Assembly (NCBI RefSeq): GCF_018350175.1 | Contig: NC_058383.1 | Coordinates: forward strand, 27,034,001 to 27,098,000 | DNA: 64,000 nt | Direction of reading: 5' to 3' | Source: Felis catus | Taxonomy: Eukaryota | Shown here: positions 11,563 to 24,285 of the stretch, piece after piece | Layout: each line of letters begins with the position of its first letter | How positions within the stretch are numbered: position 1 is the stretch's first letter | Notes under the pieces: model-generated | Databases searched by the model: none | What the model saw: the letters and a program-made list of their open reading frames with translations, nothing else | What the model was told of the DNA's origin: nothing | Program-made: the position numbers and the translations under genes

Positions 11563-12627
11563 GTGTCTACCCTCTCAGGATTGTTGTGAGGATTCGGTGG
11601 GGTGCCGGTATGTAGTGCTTCCCGCGGTGCCTGGCGCAGAGCAGTCCCTCAGCAAATTGCCAGCGCTGGCTTTACATTTGGTCGGTGCTGGGAGTCTCCT
11701 CTCCACTCAGCACTTAGGCATCATGCTTCCCAGTCCAAAAGTCCCTCTCCTTAAAAAACTTGGGAGTCTCCTCTTTCTCTCATGTCCAGTATATGTAACA
11801 CATTGGTAAGTCCCGTAAGCTTTACCTCGAAGACATGCCCGAGTCCATTCCCATTAATTTCTCTCTACTACCTCTCAGCCATGGCAATAACGTCCTCGTT
11901 GAGCCTTCTTTTTGACTTGTAGCCTTTTAAAATCCATTCTCTATGTGGAAGCTGGAGCCATCTTTCAAAATTTTGACCCGCATCACCCCTTTGCTTAAAA
12001 CTTGCAGTGGCTCCCCATGCCACTTGGAATGAAAGTTGAGATCCACACGCAGGTGTTCATGGTTCCATGTGATCTGACCCCTGTCCATCTCTGTGGTCTC
12101 ATCTTGTACTTTCCCTTCTGCTCATCATGGCCCTGCTGCACTGACCTTCCCTCTGTTCCAGTAAGATAAGCTCATGCTTGCCTACGGGCTTTGCGCCTGT
12201 GGGTTTTTTCAGCCCGGGATGCCCTTGCTGGCATGACTTATTTTCACTGTTGGGGCCTTAGCAGAGTTGTCACCTCCTCAGAGAGGCCTTTCCTGACCAC
12301 CTCGTCCAGTGTAGCCTATCACTGTATGGTCACTTACAAGGTGACCATATAATTTATTGCCCAGTCTAGACCACTTGCAGGGCTGAAAGGGGGATCTATA
12401 CAAGGAAGCCAGGACAACAGGTTGAATCAAGATGGGTGATGAGCCCTCCCACTACTCACACCCTGTCTGTATCATATACTGTGCTTTATTATCTTCACAG
12501 CCCTTGTCATTAACTGATGTCATTTGTTAACATATTGATTACCTCTCTACTCTATTACAATGTAAACTCCGTGAGCGTGAGATACCGTCTTTCTGGTTCA
12601 CTCTTAGAACCTCATCCCCTTGAATGC

Positions 12628-13455
12628 TGTCAAAAAAACAAAATTCAAGTGAGTAAATGATAACGATCTTATTGGCTTTATTAAATGATTCATGAATCAG
12701 GCAGCATCCAATTCAACGGATGGGAAGGAGCTCTAAGGAGGTGTACAAAATGATTTTTATAGCTATGTTAACCTTAACAATGAAAACTGTCAATTATTTT
12801 ACCAGCGAAAATGGGTTTATTAGGGAATAGCAGAGAGTTGCAACCTGGGATAAGCAAGCTACCCCAAAATCAAAGGTAAGTCCACAGAACAAGGGAGGAG
12901 GCTCTTTCGCACAAGAAAGGCGGAAGTGGGGAGGGGTGTTCTAAACAAGAAGCCCATTGGGCTAAACTGGGAACTTGAAGTATGGTGGCTTCTCATTGGC
13001 TGAGCCGTGACTGTCTCTTACTGGCTGGGCTGTTGCCGAGGCGGGAGGAAACCTTTCTTCCTGGGCTGGGAGAGTGAAGTAGTGTGTGCACCTGCAAGGT
13101 GGTCTCTTCCTCTTGGATGTGCAAATGAGGTCGATCGGTAGGGGATGAGAGCCTCTTCTGTTGATTCTCCCAACTCCATTTCGGTGAATTTCTCCCTTTA
13201 TTTTCACAGGCCAGAGCGAGTGGGAACAGAAAGTTATACTTGGCCAAGAAGCAGGTTGGTTATTGCAAGGTCATTTTTCTTTAGGGGATGACGGGTCTGT
13301 CAGGCAGATTACCTGACTAGTGCTGATCAGACTATTTGATGGACCGGTTTAGGATTCCATTTCTGGGAATGCTAAAACTGTAATTAAGTCTCAGTTTGGT
13401 GATGTGGGCTTCAGCAGAAGTGAGGCATTTTGAGCCTGTTGCCTTGTTTTTAACA
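12628..13455 (-). mobile_element. ERV1-like solo LTR with a second LTR nested inside it (12766-13206)
   Basis: TGTC...TAACA termini; 12628-12760 and 13208-13455 match the reverse complement of 9996-10608; candidate TSD ATGC/ATAC. The inner segment has its own TGTTAA...TTTTCA ends. Confidence 0.7.
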
Positions 13456-15140
13456 ATACGGTTTAGCACATAGTAGGTGCTCTGTAAGTATGTGGGGATT
13501 AAAATACGTTGACTGTAAGGCACCTTACAATGTCCGTGGATTAGGTAGTTGGGTTACTTATGGGATTAGTTATGAGTTAGGTAGCTGGGATTATGGGTGA
13601 GTTATCCTGGCTCCACTTACCTTTTCATTTTGAACCGTGAATCAGAAAACCTGCCTTTCTGCGCTGATCAGGAACCATGTTCTTGTCCAAATCAGGAGCT
13701 CTAGCCAAAGCTGGCATGGGTTGTACAGGGCTACCCAGAGGTTGCTTATTCTTAGTGGCCCCCTTTTTTGAATTAGGTTTGATAAGCACAGATCAGGACG
13801 TAGTTCCAGGAGTGAGAGGTTCTTAGTCAACCTGATGAGAGAGTGCCATGGTTCTGCAACATCTGGAGCCATAAAATAAATGCTCTCCCTGCTTATTGAT
13901 TGGAAGTGCCAGAAAAGCAATGCTGGAAATAACACACTGGGATCATTGAATTAATTAGTGTGGATACCGATTGTGTAAAATCCGGTTATTGTGTGGTGGG
14001 GATTGGATTGCCTGTTAATTGATATTTAAGTCCTTTGGAAGTGGCACGGAAGGAAGAACCCTCTCGCCACCCTTTGGTTCCTCCACAGCCCATCCCCCAT
14101 GAGACAGGATTTCTGGGGGCCCCACAGAAATCCCCTTATCACAGGCAGCACAGATTGCAGACAGGGCTTGGACTTGGATTATTTGCATTTCTATAAAGGA
14201 AGGGCCTGGTATTATGTAACGGCTCTGGGTTCCGAGGGCTTCTAATGGGCCTCCCTTTGTACAGTCTCTTAGCAACCAATTGAAGTTTGTAGCTGAAACA
14301 AAGAGACTCAAGACCATCATTCCTTGAGCACATTCCTCTGAGTCCGGCCTGCCTGGAAGAGAACTAACTTGGGGGCTACGAACCTTTTCTTCTTTGCCAA
14401 AGCTCAGCGATCCTTGTTCAATCACTGTTTCACCTGGGAAGGCAAAGGAGTTGGGAGGTGGGGGAGACAGGTTAGAGACCAGCTGTGCTTTGTCTTTAGA
14501 ACTTCCTGGGAAGCCAGGGAAAGTCTTGAAAGGAGTTGACTTGCATTCATTCTTTCTAAAGTGAGGTACTACTGAGTGATAATCAAGAGTGTCCTTTAGG
14601 GCCCGTGGGAACCTGGGCTCTGTCACTTGTTAGTTGTATGTCCTTGGATGACTTACATTTTGGGGCTTCAGTTGCTTCATCTGTCACAGGAGAACAAAAA
14701 TTGTACCTTCCTCACTGCTTTGCTGAGAACATTACGGGACATCATAAATTTAATACATTGTTATCCAGGGTAGGGTACCCTGTGTGTCAGGCACTTTGCT
14801 TGGTGCTGAAGGCACTGATGTAAATAGAACAGACAAAAATCCTTGCCCTCATGAAGATTACGTATAATAGCAAGTGCGCGCACACGTGTGTGTGTGTGTA
14901 GTATACAGAGATCATAAATATACACGTTAGCTATTTGTTCATTAACTTGTTAATTCAAGTTAGTCATTCATGTGTTCATTTATGCAGTGATTAATTCTTA
15001 ATCACCTATCCGTCTGTCCATCCATCTGTCCGTCTGTCCATCTGACATTTGCTGAAGGAAGAGGACGAGAGTAACACGATCCTTATATTCAGTGTAACAA
15101 AAGCTATGGTAAAAGATGATATAGACGAGGTTTATGATAA

Positions 15141-15188
15141 AGTATCTTAACTTGGGTGCTACTGCTATTTTGGGCCATATATCCTTTG

Positions 15189-15230
<42 letters not shown>

Positions 15231-15398
15231 TGGGGGATGGGCTGTCATTTGAATTGTAGGCTATTGAACAACAACCCTGACTTCTACTCTCTAGATTTCT
15301 ATAGCACCCTCATGTGACAACCACATGTCTCCAGGACATTGTCAAATGTCCCCTGGGGGGGGGGGGGACAGAATTGCTCTCAGTTGAGAAACCCTGGT
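15141..15398. mobile_element. MER20-like DNA transposon containing a (TG)n microsatellite (15191-15229)
   Basis: tgacaacca..atgtctccag.acattgtcaaatgtcccctgggg...cagttgagaaaccctg are MER20 hallmarks. Confidence 0.75.
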
Positions 15399-18300
15399 TT
15401 ATAGGAACATTTGTCCTCAGGAAGGGAAATTAATCCATCACATTTCACCAGAAAGGAAATGAACCCAGGACTTTAATTTCTGCAGCAATGGCAGCATTTC
15501 CAGACATTTTGTTTCCTAGAGATCTGTTTTCCTGTGCCGAAAAGCAGGAGGTACTTGGGGAGTTTTTGAAATTAGAAATAGAATCTTACCCCACAGGAAC
15601 CCTTTCCATCACCTCTGAGAAGTGTGGCTTATTTAAAAAACATCTCCAAGGCTTACTGAGGAAGTCGTTCTGACAGAGAAGCCGTTGCTAACCTGGCATA
15701 CGGGCTCAGGCTTAGTGCCTTTGGAATCTGTCCTGATTATATTGATGGCTCCATACTTACAAGTTCAACCCGAGATTCCTCATTGGGATAGGAGAGAGTG
15801 AGGCCTTCTCTCTAGGGAATTCTATTGAGTTCAGCCAAACTGCTGGATCCCCCTGCTTGATGATAAGGAACATGCTTGATAGGGTATCAGGTTGAGACCA
15901 CAGCAAGCATTTTGGTCCACAAGCACCTTGCAAGGTCAGCTCCTGAATCCTAGCAAGGTGACTCACCTTGCCTCATTCCTCCCTGCCCTGGATGTGTCCA
16001 TTCCCAGGGACATCTGAGTCGCAGGAAGGTTGTCTGGGAAGCCTGTGGTGTCCTAAATAGCTCTTGAATCTTACGGTTTCTCTCCATTCCCCTGCATCCT
16101 CTCTGCTCCCCCCTTCCTGTTGAGGCTATCATCATATCCCATCCGGACTGTCACAGTAGCTTAGTAACTGTTGACCTCCCACCCGCTCTTCCTCCCTTCC
16201 ACCTCTCCTCTGCACAGCAGAGACCAGAGTCTTCCCGGTGAACGTAGACCAGAATTCACACTGGCCTGCAAAGCTGTGCATGACCTGCCCTCCTCCCCAA
16301 CTTCATCACCAACCACTCTCCCTGTGCCCACTCTAGGCCCACTCCACCGGCCTTCCTAGCAGATCCACACCTCAATACACAAATATGATCGTGTCACAGC
16401 CCCCCTTATAGGCCTCAGTTCCTACGGATCTTCTCCGGTCCCCATTGTTCTGAGGATAGGAATCCCAACAAGGCCCCCGAGTCTGCCATAGTCGGGCTTC
16501 TACCTGCCATTCTGACCTCTTGTCCCCTAAACCCCCATCTCTGTGGTCCGGCTGCCTCGTGCATGCCGTGCATGTGGTCGTGCATGCAGAACTCCTTGTC
16601 ACGGGCTTTGCTCCCCCTTGGCGGCTCTACCCTTCCCTTCCTTCGTGCCAGTTAAGCCTTCATCATACATCACATCTGAGCTCCAGCATCATCTTCTCAT
16701 GCCCAGCTCCTGCCCTCTTGTTATACGTGCCTGTTCCATTATACACCCTCGCTCCCTGCTTCCTAGTGGCCAGTTTTCATTTCTGTGCACGCTTATTATA
16801 TTAACAGCTGTCCTCCACAGCAGACCCTGAGCTCCAATGTGGCCATGTCTGTCTTATTACTGTCTTCACCCAGTGTTTTTGAATTGTGCCTGACTCATAG
16901 CACTCATAGGCGCTCAGTAAGTGTTAGCTGGAAGACTGAGTGAATAGTGCCTCAGTGACAAAGCCCCATGTTTGGGGGATTAGGGCCACATGAGCTTCTC
17001 TGCGGCCACGGCGGCGGGGGGGGGGGCAGGTTGAGGTTGGGGCTGACTGGGGAATTTGCAATCGGTGAGGCATGAGGGCAGGTCAGAGCAGCAGGAGGTT
17101 GTATCTTCTGACATTCTCTTACGCTTTCTGTGTGCACCTTCATGCTGTATTATCCTGTATCACAAGGCCCTTGAAGGTAGGCGTAGAACTTGTTATTTTT
17201 GTACCGTGAGCACTTTGCCCAGGGCCTGGCATATAGGAGCTGCTCAAGAAAGCGGCCCTGAATGAGTAGATGTACGTGTTACTGATTCAGTGCAGATCTG
17301 ATCATCTGAGCTGAGGTTTTCGTAGGGGTAACTAGGGGAAGGAAGGGAAAGCATGGGGTGTGACAGTCCAAGGCTTTTAATCAGTAGAACAGGGTGTGTT
17401 GGAGTTTTTAACACATGGTAGAAAGGGCCCGAGTGATTTCTTTTTCAGCTAAAACATTGATTTATTATTTATTATTTAAACATACTTTTATTTATTAAAA
17501 AACATAACTTTTTGCCAGGCCCTGTGATAAATGCTTTATATGCATTACCTGGTTTAACACGAAGACGTTAATTTGCAGATGCTGCTTAATTTGTAGATGG
17601 GTAAACTGAGGCTTGGAGACAGCTGATGAGCCTAAGATCAGAGAGTAATTGGCAAAAGGCCAAATGAGTACTCAGATTTGGGTCTGACTCCAAAATTCAT
17701 GGGCCAGTTTACTGCAAGGACTCCTTCACTAACTCTGGGTCCTTAAGAGAGGCAGCCAACACCTTTGCCTTCTTGTCCTCACCCATCGGATGGGAGATTC
17801 CATTCCTGCCCAGATCTCAAGGTTGAACAGGGGGATATGTGGGTGCAGACAGGCATCAGGAGTCATCTGGCCAGAAGGGGTACCGTGACTCATTCATTGA
17901 GTTCCGGCTCCACGTAAGCATGAAAGGGCCTGTTAGTCTTACACAACCTCCCATTTCTCAATCCTCTGATGATGGTAAGACAGCCGTCTGCATGCAAGGT
18001 GACCCTGAATGGCTACCTGCTTTCCAGTTCCCACTGGAGGGGCCCCTTAACATCTTAGCAGGCTAAGAAGCCAGAAGAGGTGTTTGAGTCTGGTTTCCAG
18101 TAATTCGCTCTGCTCTGTGAACTTCTGGGTTTGCTTGTCCAATTTCCTGAAAATTGGATTAATAAGTGTTAATTGGTGCTGACTCAACAAGGGATGGGGT
18201 CAGATGGAAGAGGAGCACACTGGTGTGACGGAGGGATCCAAGGCCTCTGGGAATTCGTTTTCTGCATGGATGCTGATAGCATAGGCTACCTCTGGCACTT

Positions 18301-18449
18301 TCTTCCAAGCTGCTCTTACGGAAGACAGTATCATCCCCACAGACCTTTAAAAAGCGGAGGGACACTTCTTGCATTAGAGCAAGGAGAGGGTTTGCTTTGG
18401 ATGCTGGCGAGGATTGGGTCAAGATGCTCATTCATTCATTCATTCATTT

Positions 18450-18710
18450 TATGTTATTATTTTATTTTTTAATATCATTTATTGACAAACTGGTTTCCAT
18501 ACAACACCCAGTGCTCATCCCAACAAGTGCCCTCCTCATTGTCCATCACCCACTTTCCCCTTTCCCCTTTCCCCTACCCCTCATCAACCGTCAGTTTGTT
18601 CTTAGTATCCAAGAGTCTCTTATGGTTTGCCTCCCTCCCTCTCTGTAACTTTTTTATTTTCCCCTGCCCCTCCCCCATGGTCTTCTGTTAAGTTTCTCAA
18701 GATCTAGCTA
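18450..18710 (-). mobile_element. 5'-truncated L1 (felid L1 3' UTR fragment)
   Basis: tttccatacaacacccagtgctcatcccaacaagtgccctcctc L1 3' end with T-rich tail; TSD tcattcattt at 18440-18449 and 18711-18720. Confidence 0.8.
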
Positions 18711-18916
18711 TCATTCATTTATTCATTGAATCTTTTTAAAGCACCTGCTATGTGTCAGGCCGTTCTGGGCTCTGGAGACCCAGTGATGAATAAAACAAAA
18801 TTTCTGTCCTCACGAAGCTTACAGTCTATCTGAGGTAGGTAAACAATAACTGAATGAATACACGATAGTACTTCAGGTAGCATTTCTATCTCTCAAGTAT
18901 GAGAAAAGATCATCTT

Positions 18917-19132
18917 AAAAAAATTTTTTTTAATGTTTATTTAATTTTGAGAGAGAGAGACAGACAGACACAAGTGGAAGAGAGGCAGAGAGATAGGGAG
19001 ACAGAATCCATAGCAGGCTCCAGGCTCTGAGCTGTCAGCACAGAGTCCGCCTCAGGGCTCAAACTCATGGACCATGAGATAATGACCTGAGCCAAAGTCA
19101 GACGCTCAACTGACTGAGCCACGCGGTGCACC
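18917..19132 (-). mobile_element. SINEC_Fc
   Basis: SINE body; TSD agaaaagatcatctt at 18902-18916 and 19134-19148. Confidence 0.95.
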
Positions 19133-19289
19133 AAGAAAAGATCATCTTTTTAAAAACTAGCTTTATTGAGATATAAGTCACATACTATAGAAATTAACCC
19201 CTGGAAATATACAGTTTGATGGGTTTTCGTATGTTCACACATATGTGCAGTCACCACCACAGACAATTTTAGAACATTTCATCATCCCA

Positions 19290-19498
19290 GGGGTGCCTGA
19301 GCGGTGCAGTTGGTTCAGTGTCCGTCTTCAGTTCAGGCCATGATTTCATGGTTGGTGAGTTCGAGCCCCGCACTGGGCTCTCTGCTGTCAGCATGGAGCC
19401 CACTTTGGATCCTCTGTCCCCCTATCTCTCTGCCCCTCCCCTACTCGTGTGCATGTGCTCTGCTCTCTCAAAAATAAATAAACATTAGGGGGGGAAAA
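19290..19498 (+). mobile_element. SINEC_Fc
   Basis: ggggtgcctgag...; TSD agaacatttcatca at 19271-19284 and 19499-19512; inserted in an old L1 3' end. Confidence 0.93.
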
Positions 19499-20590
19499 AG
19501 AACATTTCATCACTCCAAAAAGAAACTATAAGCTTTAGCTAACACCATCCTATACCCCAACCTCCACTCCCAACCCTAGGCAAGCAGTAATCTACTCTCT
19601 GTATGGATTTGACTGTCATGGACAGAGAAACAAACAGTCCTCTTGTGAGAGTGAGGGGCAAGGCAGGAGCCTTTACCATCCTCACCTCCCAAATGAGGCC
19701 TCTTGGACTCCATTTCCCTTGGAGCTGCCTCCAGGATCCAAATTTCCATTGCTTTACGCGCTCGGTTTCTGGGGGTGCTGGCCGGTGTCCCGATACATAA
19801 TCACTCCTTCGTGACCTTACCTTCCGCCTCTAAACCCTACCTCAGCTGCCATGCTTCCAGCCAGCAAACCCTGGGCATAAATGTGCATATGTGTGCACAC
19901 AGAAGAGGCTCTGGTCCCCTGCTCAGGTGCATCTCCAAGCAGTAATCAGCACGTCCTGGTCACAGGAGCCTCACCTTAGGCCGAGCTGCTGTAATTCCCC
20001 ACCTGGATGACGGCAGCAGCCTGCTCTCTGGTTTCCCCACCTCCCACCTTGCTTCCCTCTCAACCTGTTCTTCCTGCGACGTCAGGATAAACGCTATAAA
20101 GCGTGAATCTGACCGCGTCACTCTTGCGCTGATGCGTGTCCCACATGGTCCTCAAGATAGCTGAGGCTCTGTCCATGGTGCACAAGGCCCTGCATAACCT
20201 GGCCCCTGCCGGCCACTCCAGCGTCCTTTAGCTCCGTCCCCCTGGGCCATATGAATCACCCGCAGTCCCTGCAGAGGTGCCGCCACTCCCTGGCAGGCCT
20301 TTGCACATGCTGCGGCCCTCTCTGGAACATTCTCCTGCCCATAGCACCTGACCAGCTCCTGCTCATCTTTCAGGCTTAGAGATTAATTAGAGATTATTTT
20401 TTGGGGCCTTCCCTGTCTCTTCAGAATGTGATTAGGTGCCTATATTATTTCCCCATTGCTGCTTGACAAATTAACCCAATGTAGCATTCTCCAGGGGTGG
20501 CTAAGTTGGGTGGTTCTGGATCAAGGTGTCATGACATTGGCCTCGGCTTCAGTCATCTAGGGCTTGACCAGGGCTGGGTGATCCCTTTTA

Positions 20591-20770
20591 TTTTTTTTTA
20601 ATGTTTATTTATTTATTTTTGAGAGAGAGAGGGAGACACAGAATCCAAAGCAGGCTCCAGGCTCTGAGCTGTCAGCACAGAGCCCAATGCGGGGCCCAAA
20701 CCCACGGACCCTGAGATCACGACCTGAGTGGAAGTCAGATGCTTAACGACAGAGCCATACAGGTGCCTCA
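20591..20770 (-). mobile_element. SINEC_Fc with shortened CT region, inside an MLT1 LTR
   Basis: TSD ggtgatccctttta at 20577-20590 and 20771-20784. Confidence 0.93.
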
Positions 20771-20911
20771 GGTGATCCCTTTTAAAATAGCTCAGCCACA
20801 TACCTGTTGGCAGGAGGCCTCAGTCCCTCACCCCATACAACATGGCATCCAGCTTCCCAGACTGATGGGCTGAGAGAGAGCAGGGAGGAAGCCACAATGC
20901 CTTTTGCATGT

Positions 20912-21273
20912 TGGCAGTAGACTGAATGTTTGTGTTCCCCTCCCCACTTTGTATGTTGAAATCCTATCCCCCAGTGTGACAGCATCAGGTGAGGCCTTCA
21001 GGAGGTGATTAGGTCCTGAGGATGGAACCCTCATGAATGGGAGCCATGCTTTAAAAAAAAAAAAAAAAAAGGGCCCCGAGAGCTCTCTCTCCCTCTTGTG
21101 GGGCTACAAGAGCATAATAGTCTACATTCTGGAAGAGGGTCCTCACCAGCCCCTGACTGTGCTGACACTCTGATCCTGGACTTTCAGGCTCTAGAACTGT
21201 GCGAGAAATAAGTTTTGTTGTTTATAGGCCTCCCCAGTGGTATTCTGTTATAGCAGCCTGATAGGCTAAGATG
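20912..21273. mobile_element. MLT1A-like LTR nested in an older MLT1 LTR (~20440-21435)
   Basis: gactgaatgtttgtgttcccc...tatgttgaaatccta...ggtattctgttatagcagcctga..ctaaga MLT1A motifs; both flanks continue another MLT1. Confidence 0.7.
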
Positions 21274-22916
21274 ATGTCCCAGGCCCTGAAGTCACATACT
21301 GTGGCTTCTATCATATTCTGTTGGTTACAAGTGACTCATTAAGTCCAGTACACCCTTAAGGGAAGGACAATTAAACTCTACCTAATGAAAGAAGGAGTAT
21401 CCAAGAATTTGTGGGCACATTTTAAACTACCATAGTGCCCCTCGTCCACACCCCCACAGCATCCTGCACTTATCCCTGACTGAGCATTTGGCAGACTGCT
21501 GTCACTGTCTGTCCCCCACGGCTCCCCATGAGTGCCTTGAGGATCAGGGCTGCTTTCTGTTCCCAGTTAGATGCCTAGATTCTACCACAGTGCCTTGCAC
21601 AGTGCTTGGTGACCAGTGAATGACTCAATGACCTGTTCTGGACACATAAACAGTCTAGTACTCGTTAAACTTTGCATGCCTGCAAATCACCTGGGGTTTT
21701 TTTTTTTTTTAAATGAGGATTCTGATTGAGTAGGTCTGGGGTGGAAGCCAAGATGCTGTTTTTTTCCTAACAAGCTCCCAGGTGATGCTGATGCTGTGCT
21801 TCGTGGAGGCGGGTCTTAGAACACGTGATCCTATTCGCAGACAAGCCGAGTAACCTACCTGGGAAGACATTGCAGCCGGCAGGACCGCCTGAGGCCCGCC
21901 ACAGGCAGCGTTGGCCTAGTCCTGGGCTTACCTACTGTTGTGCTGGGCTTCCTCTCCCTTCATTGGCCCAGTATGATGGAGGAGATGCCAGGAAAAGACA
22001 GTCAAGAAGGCATCTGTGGGGTACAGGAAGACTTCCAATCTCTTGTAAGTTCTCTTAGCTCTCTGGCTCTGGAATGTTGAGCCTGGGGTCCCTCATGTAT
22101 GGGCAAAGGGGTTGTGTGGCATGAGGAATGGCCAGAGGGAAGCTGGCCAAGCTGCCTGGGGGGATCCAGAAGAAAGGTAGGGTTGGGTGGTTGTGGGTGA
22201 TAGAGTCCCCATCCCCACCCCAGAGAACTCATGAAACCCAGCTGTGGCTGGAGGCCGGCCAATAGACTAGATGGTGTGTTTATACTGTTTTTCCCAGTTC
22301 TTGGGAGGATACACAATTCTAAGGGTCACATTTTCGGGAAAATTGAGTTGACTTGGATCATTGAAATGTTTTCTCTTAATACCTTGGATCTTACTTTGAT
22401 CCTGTGTCTCTGATTTTAGCAGCCTGGGGCACTGATGTATGTGTGTGACATCTCTGGTCTCAAGCCCGCTTTCTTCCTACCTCCTGGGGCTGATGAAAGT
22501 GCATAGGGCAATAATGAAAACCCCTCACATTTGGGGAAAGGTTTCACATCTACCTAATTCAGTGGTTCTCATCCTGGACCGCACATTAGAATCACCTGGG
22601 ATCTTCAAAAAACGATGCCTGGGTTTCGCCTCCAGAGAACTGACTTAATTGGTCTGGAGTGTGGTGTGGACACGAACACCCTGGTTTCATCTTGGGGGAA
22701 CCCTTTACTAATAGGTAAGGTGGGTAAGACTCTCTCCTTCTTGTGCTTTTAACACATGGAAACAGTGTATTACAAAGTTGAGTAGCTAGCTCAAAGTCAC
22801 AAATCAGTAAATCAGAGGGTAGAACTTAAGCCCATGTTCGCTGGTTAGTTTTTTTTCCATTTGCATCAGGATTGCCTCCATGTAGCTAGTATTATGCCAA
22901 AGGAAGGGAAACTGAG

Positions 22917-23490
22917 TCTGATGGTTAATTTTATTTGTACACTTGACTGGGCCCTGATAGTTGGTTTAGCAGTATTCTGGATATGTCTGTGAGGGTGTTT
23001 TGGAGTAAGCTTAATACTTGAATCCATAGACTGAGTAAAGCAGATTAACTTCCCTAATGTGGATGGGCCTGATCCAAACAGTTGAAGGTCTGAATAGACT
23101 AAAAATACTGACCCTCCTGCTGGCAAGGGGGAGTACCTCCTGCCTGACTGCCTTGACCTCGGTCTTTTCCTCTCTTCAGACATGAAGTTAGACATTAGCT
23201 CTTCTTTGGGACTGGAACCACATCATTGGCTTTCCTGGTTTTCAGGCCTTTGGGCTTAGGCTCGAACTTCAGTCATCAAGTCTCCTGGGTCTCCAGCTGG
23301 CTGACTGAAGAATTTGAGCCTTGGCCTCCATAATCAGGGAAGCCATTCTTTATAACAATAAGTCTAATTTGTAATAACAACATGATAGTAACCTTATTTA
23401 TGTTAATACATCTTATAAAGTTTATAATTTTCTGATTATGGATTTATGTCTTGGATTGGTCTCTTTCTCCAGTAAATCCTGACTGATACA
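22917..23490 (+). mobile_element. MLT2 (ERVL) solo LTR
   Basis: Starts tctgatggttaattttat and ends cctgactgataca; perfect 5-bp TSD CTGAG at 22912-22916 and 23491-23495. Confidence 0.88.
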
Positions 23491-24152
23491 CTGAGAGATG
23501 TAACAATTAGGTTTCTGTATAGAGGTCAGGCTTTTAAGTTAGGATACAGTTAGGGAGGGTTCTATGTCCTTTATTTCCTGTGATGTTCATTCTTTGTCCT
23601 GTTTCCAGTCTTGGAAGCTGAGTCTGGACCAGTACCTATATCAGACGAGCAAATCCTAGATGTCTTGTGTTGGCCGATGCTCATTGTGAATAGGCAAGTT
23701 TGGAAAACCAAAGTTGTCAGGAAGGACTGTCCTAGAGCATGAGTGTTCTTTGTTTTGAATGGTTCTCCATTCTGGAGTTCATCCAAGTTCAAATTCGGAC
23801 CCTTGCAACCTACCTGCCCACCATTCATCCCCAGTTAAATCAGCAGATGCCCATGATGGAGGTTGCAGATGCCAAGGTAATTCCTGTGGTGGTGTGGGAG
23901 ACCCCAAAGGTTGTACAAAAAAAAAAGCATTATCCAAGGAATGAAGCCCAGTGCTTAGCCACCACTTAGCCAGGGAGTGTGTTCAATCAGAATTGGGGGC
24001 GAGTGGAGGGGAGCATTTTGTGGTAATTGTTGCCACAGCTGGCTCCAGAGCCCCTCTTAAGAGAGAAGGATAGAACTTAGGAAAGAACTTGCCTTTATAG
24101 TTTTCATTAGGTATGGAATGTGGGACCTGGAGGGACTGGTCTGCTCCCTCCC

Positions 24153-24285
24153 TTGGAGTAAGCTTAATACTTGAATCCATAGACTGAGTAAAGCAGATTA
24201 ACTTTCCTAATGTGGATGGGCCTGATCCAAACAGTTGAAGGTCTGAATAGACTAAAAAGACTAACCCTCCTGCTGGTAAGGGGGA
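24153..24285 (+). repeat. 133-bp dispersed direct duplicate of 23000-23132
   Basis: Manual alignment gives 129/133 identical with no indels. Confidence 0.95.

Noticed and set aside
14015..14626. 203-aa minus-strand ORF
   Set aside because: No recognisable protein similarity or exon context; consistent with a chance ORF.
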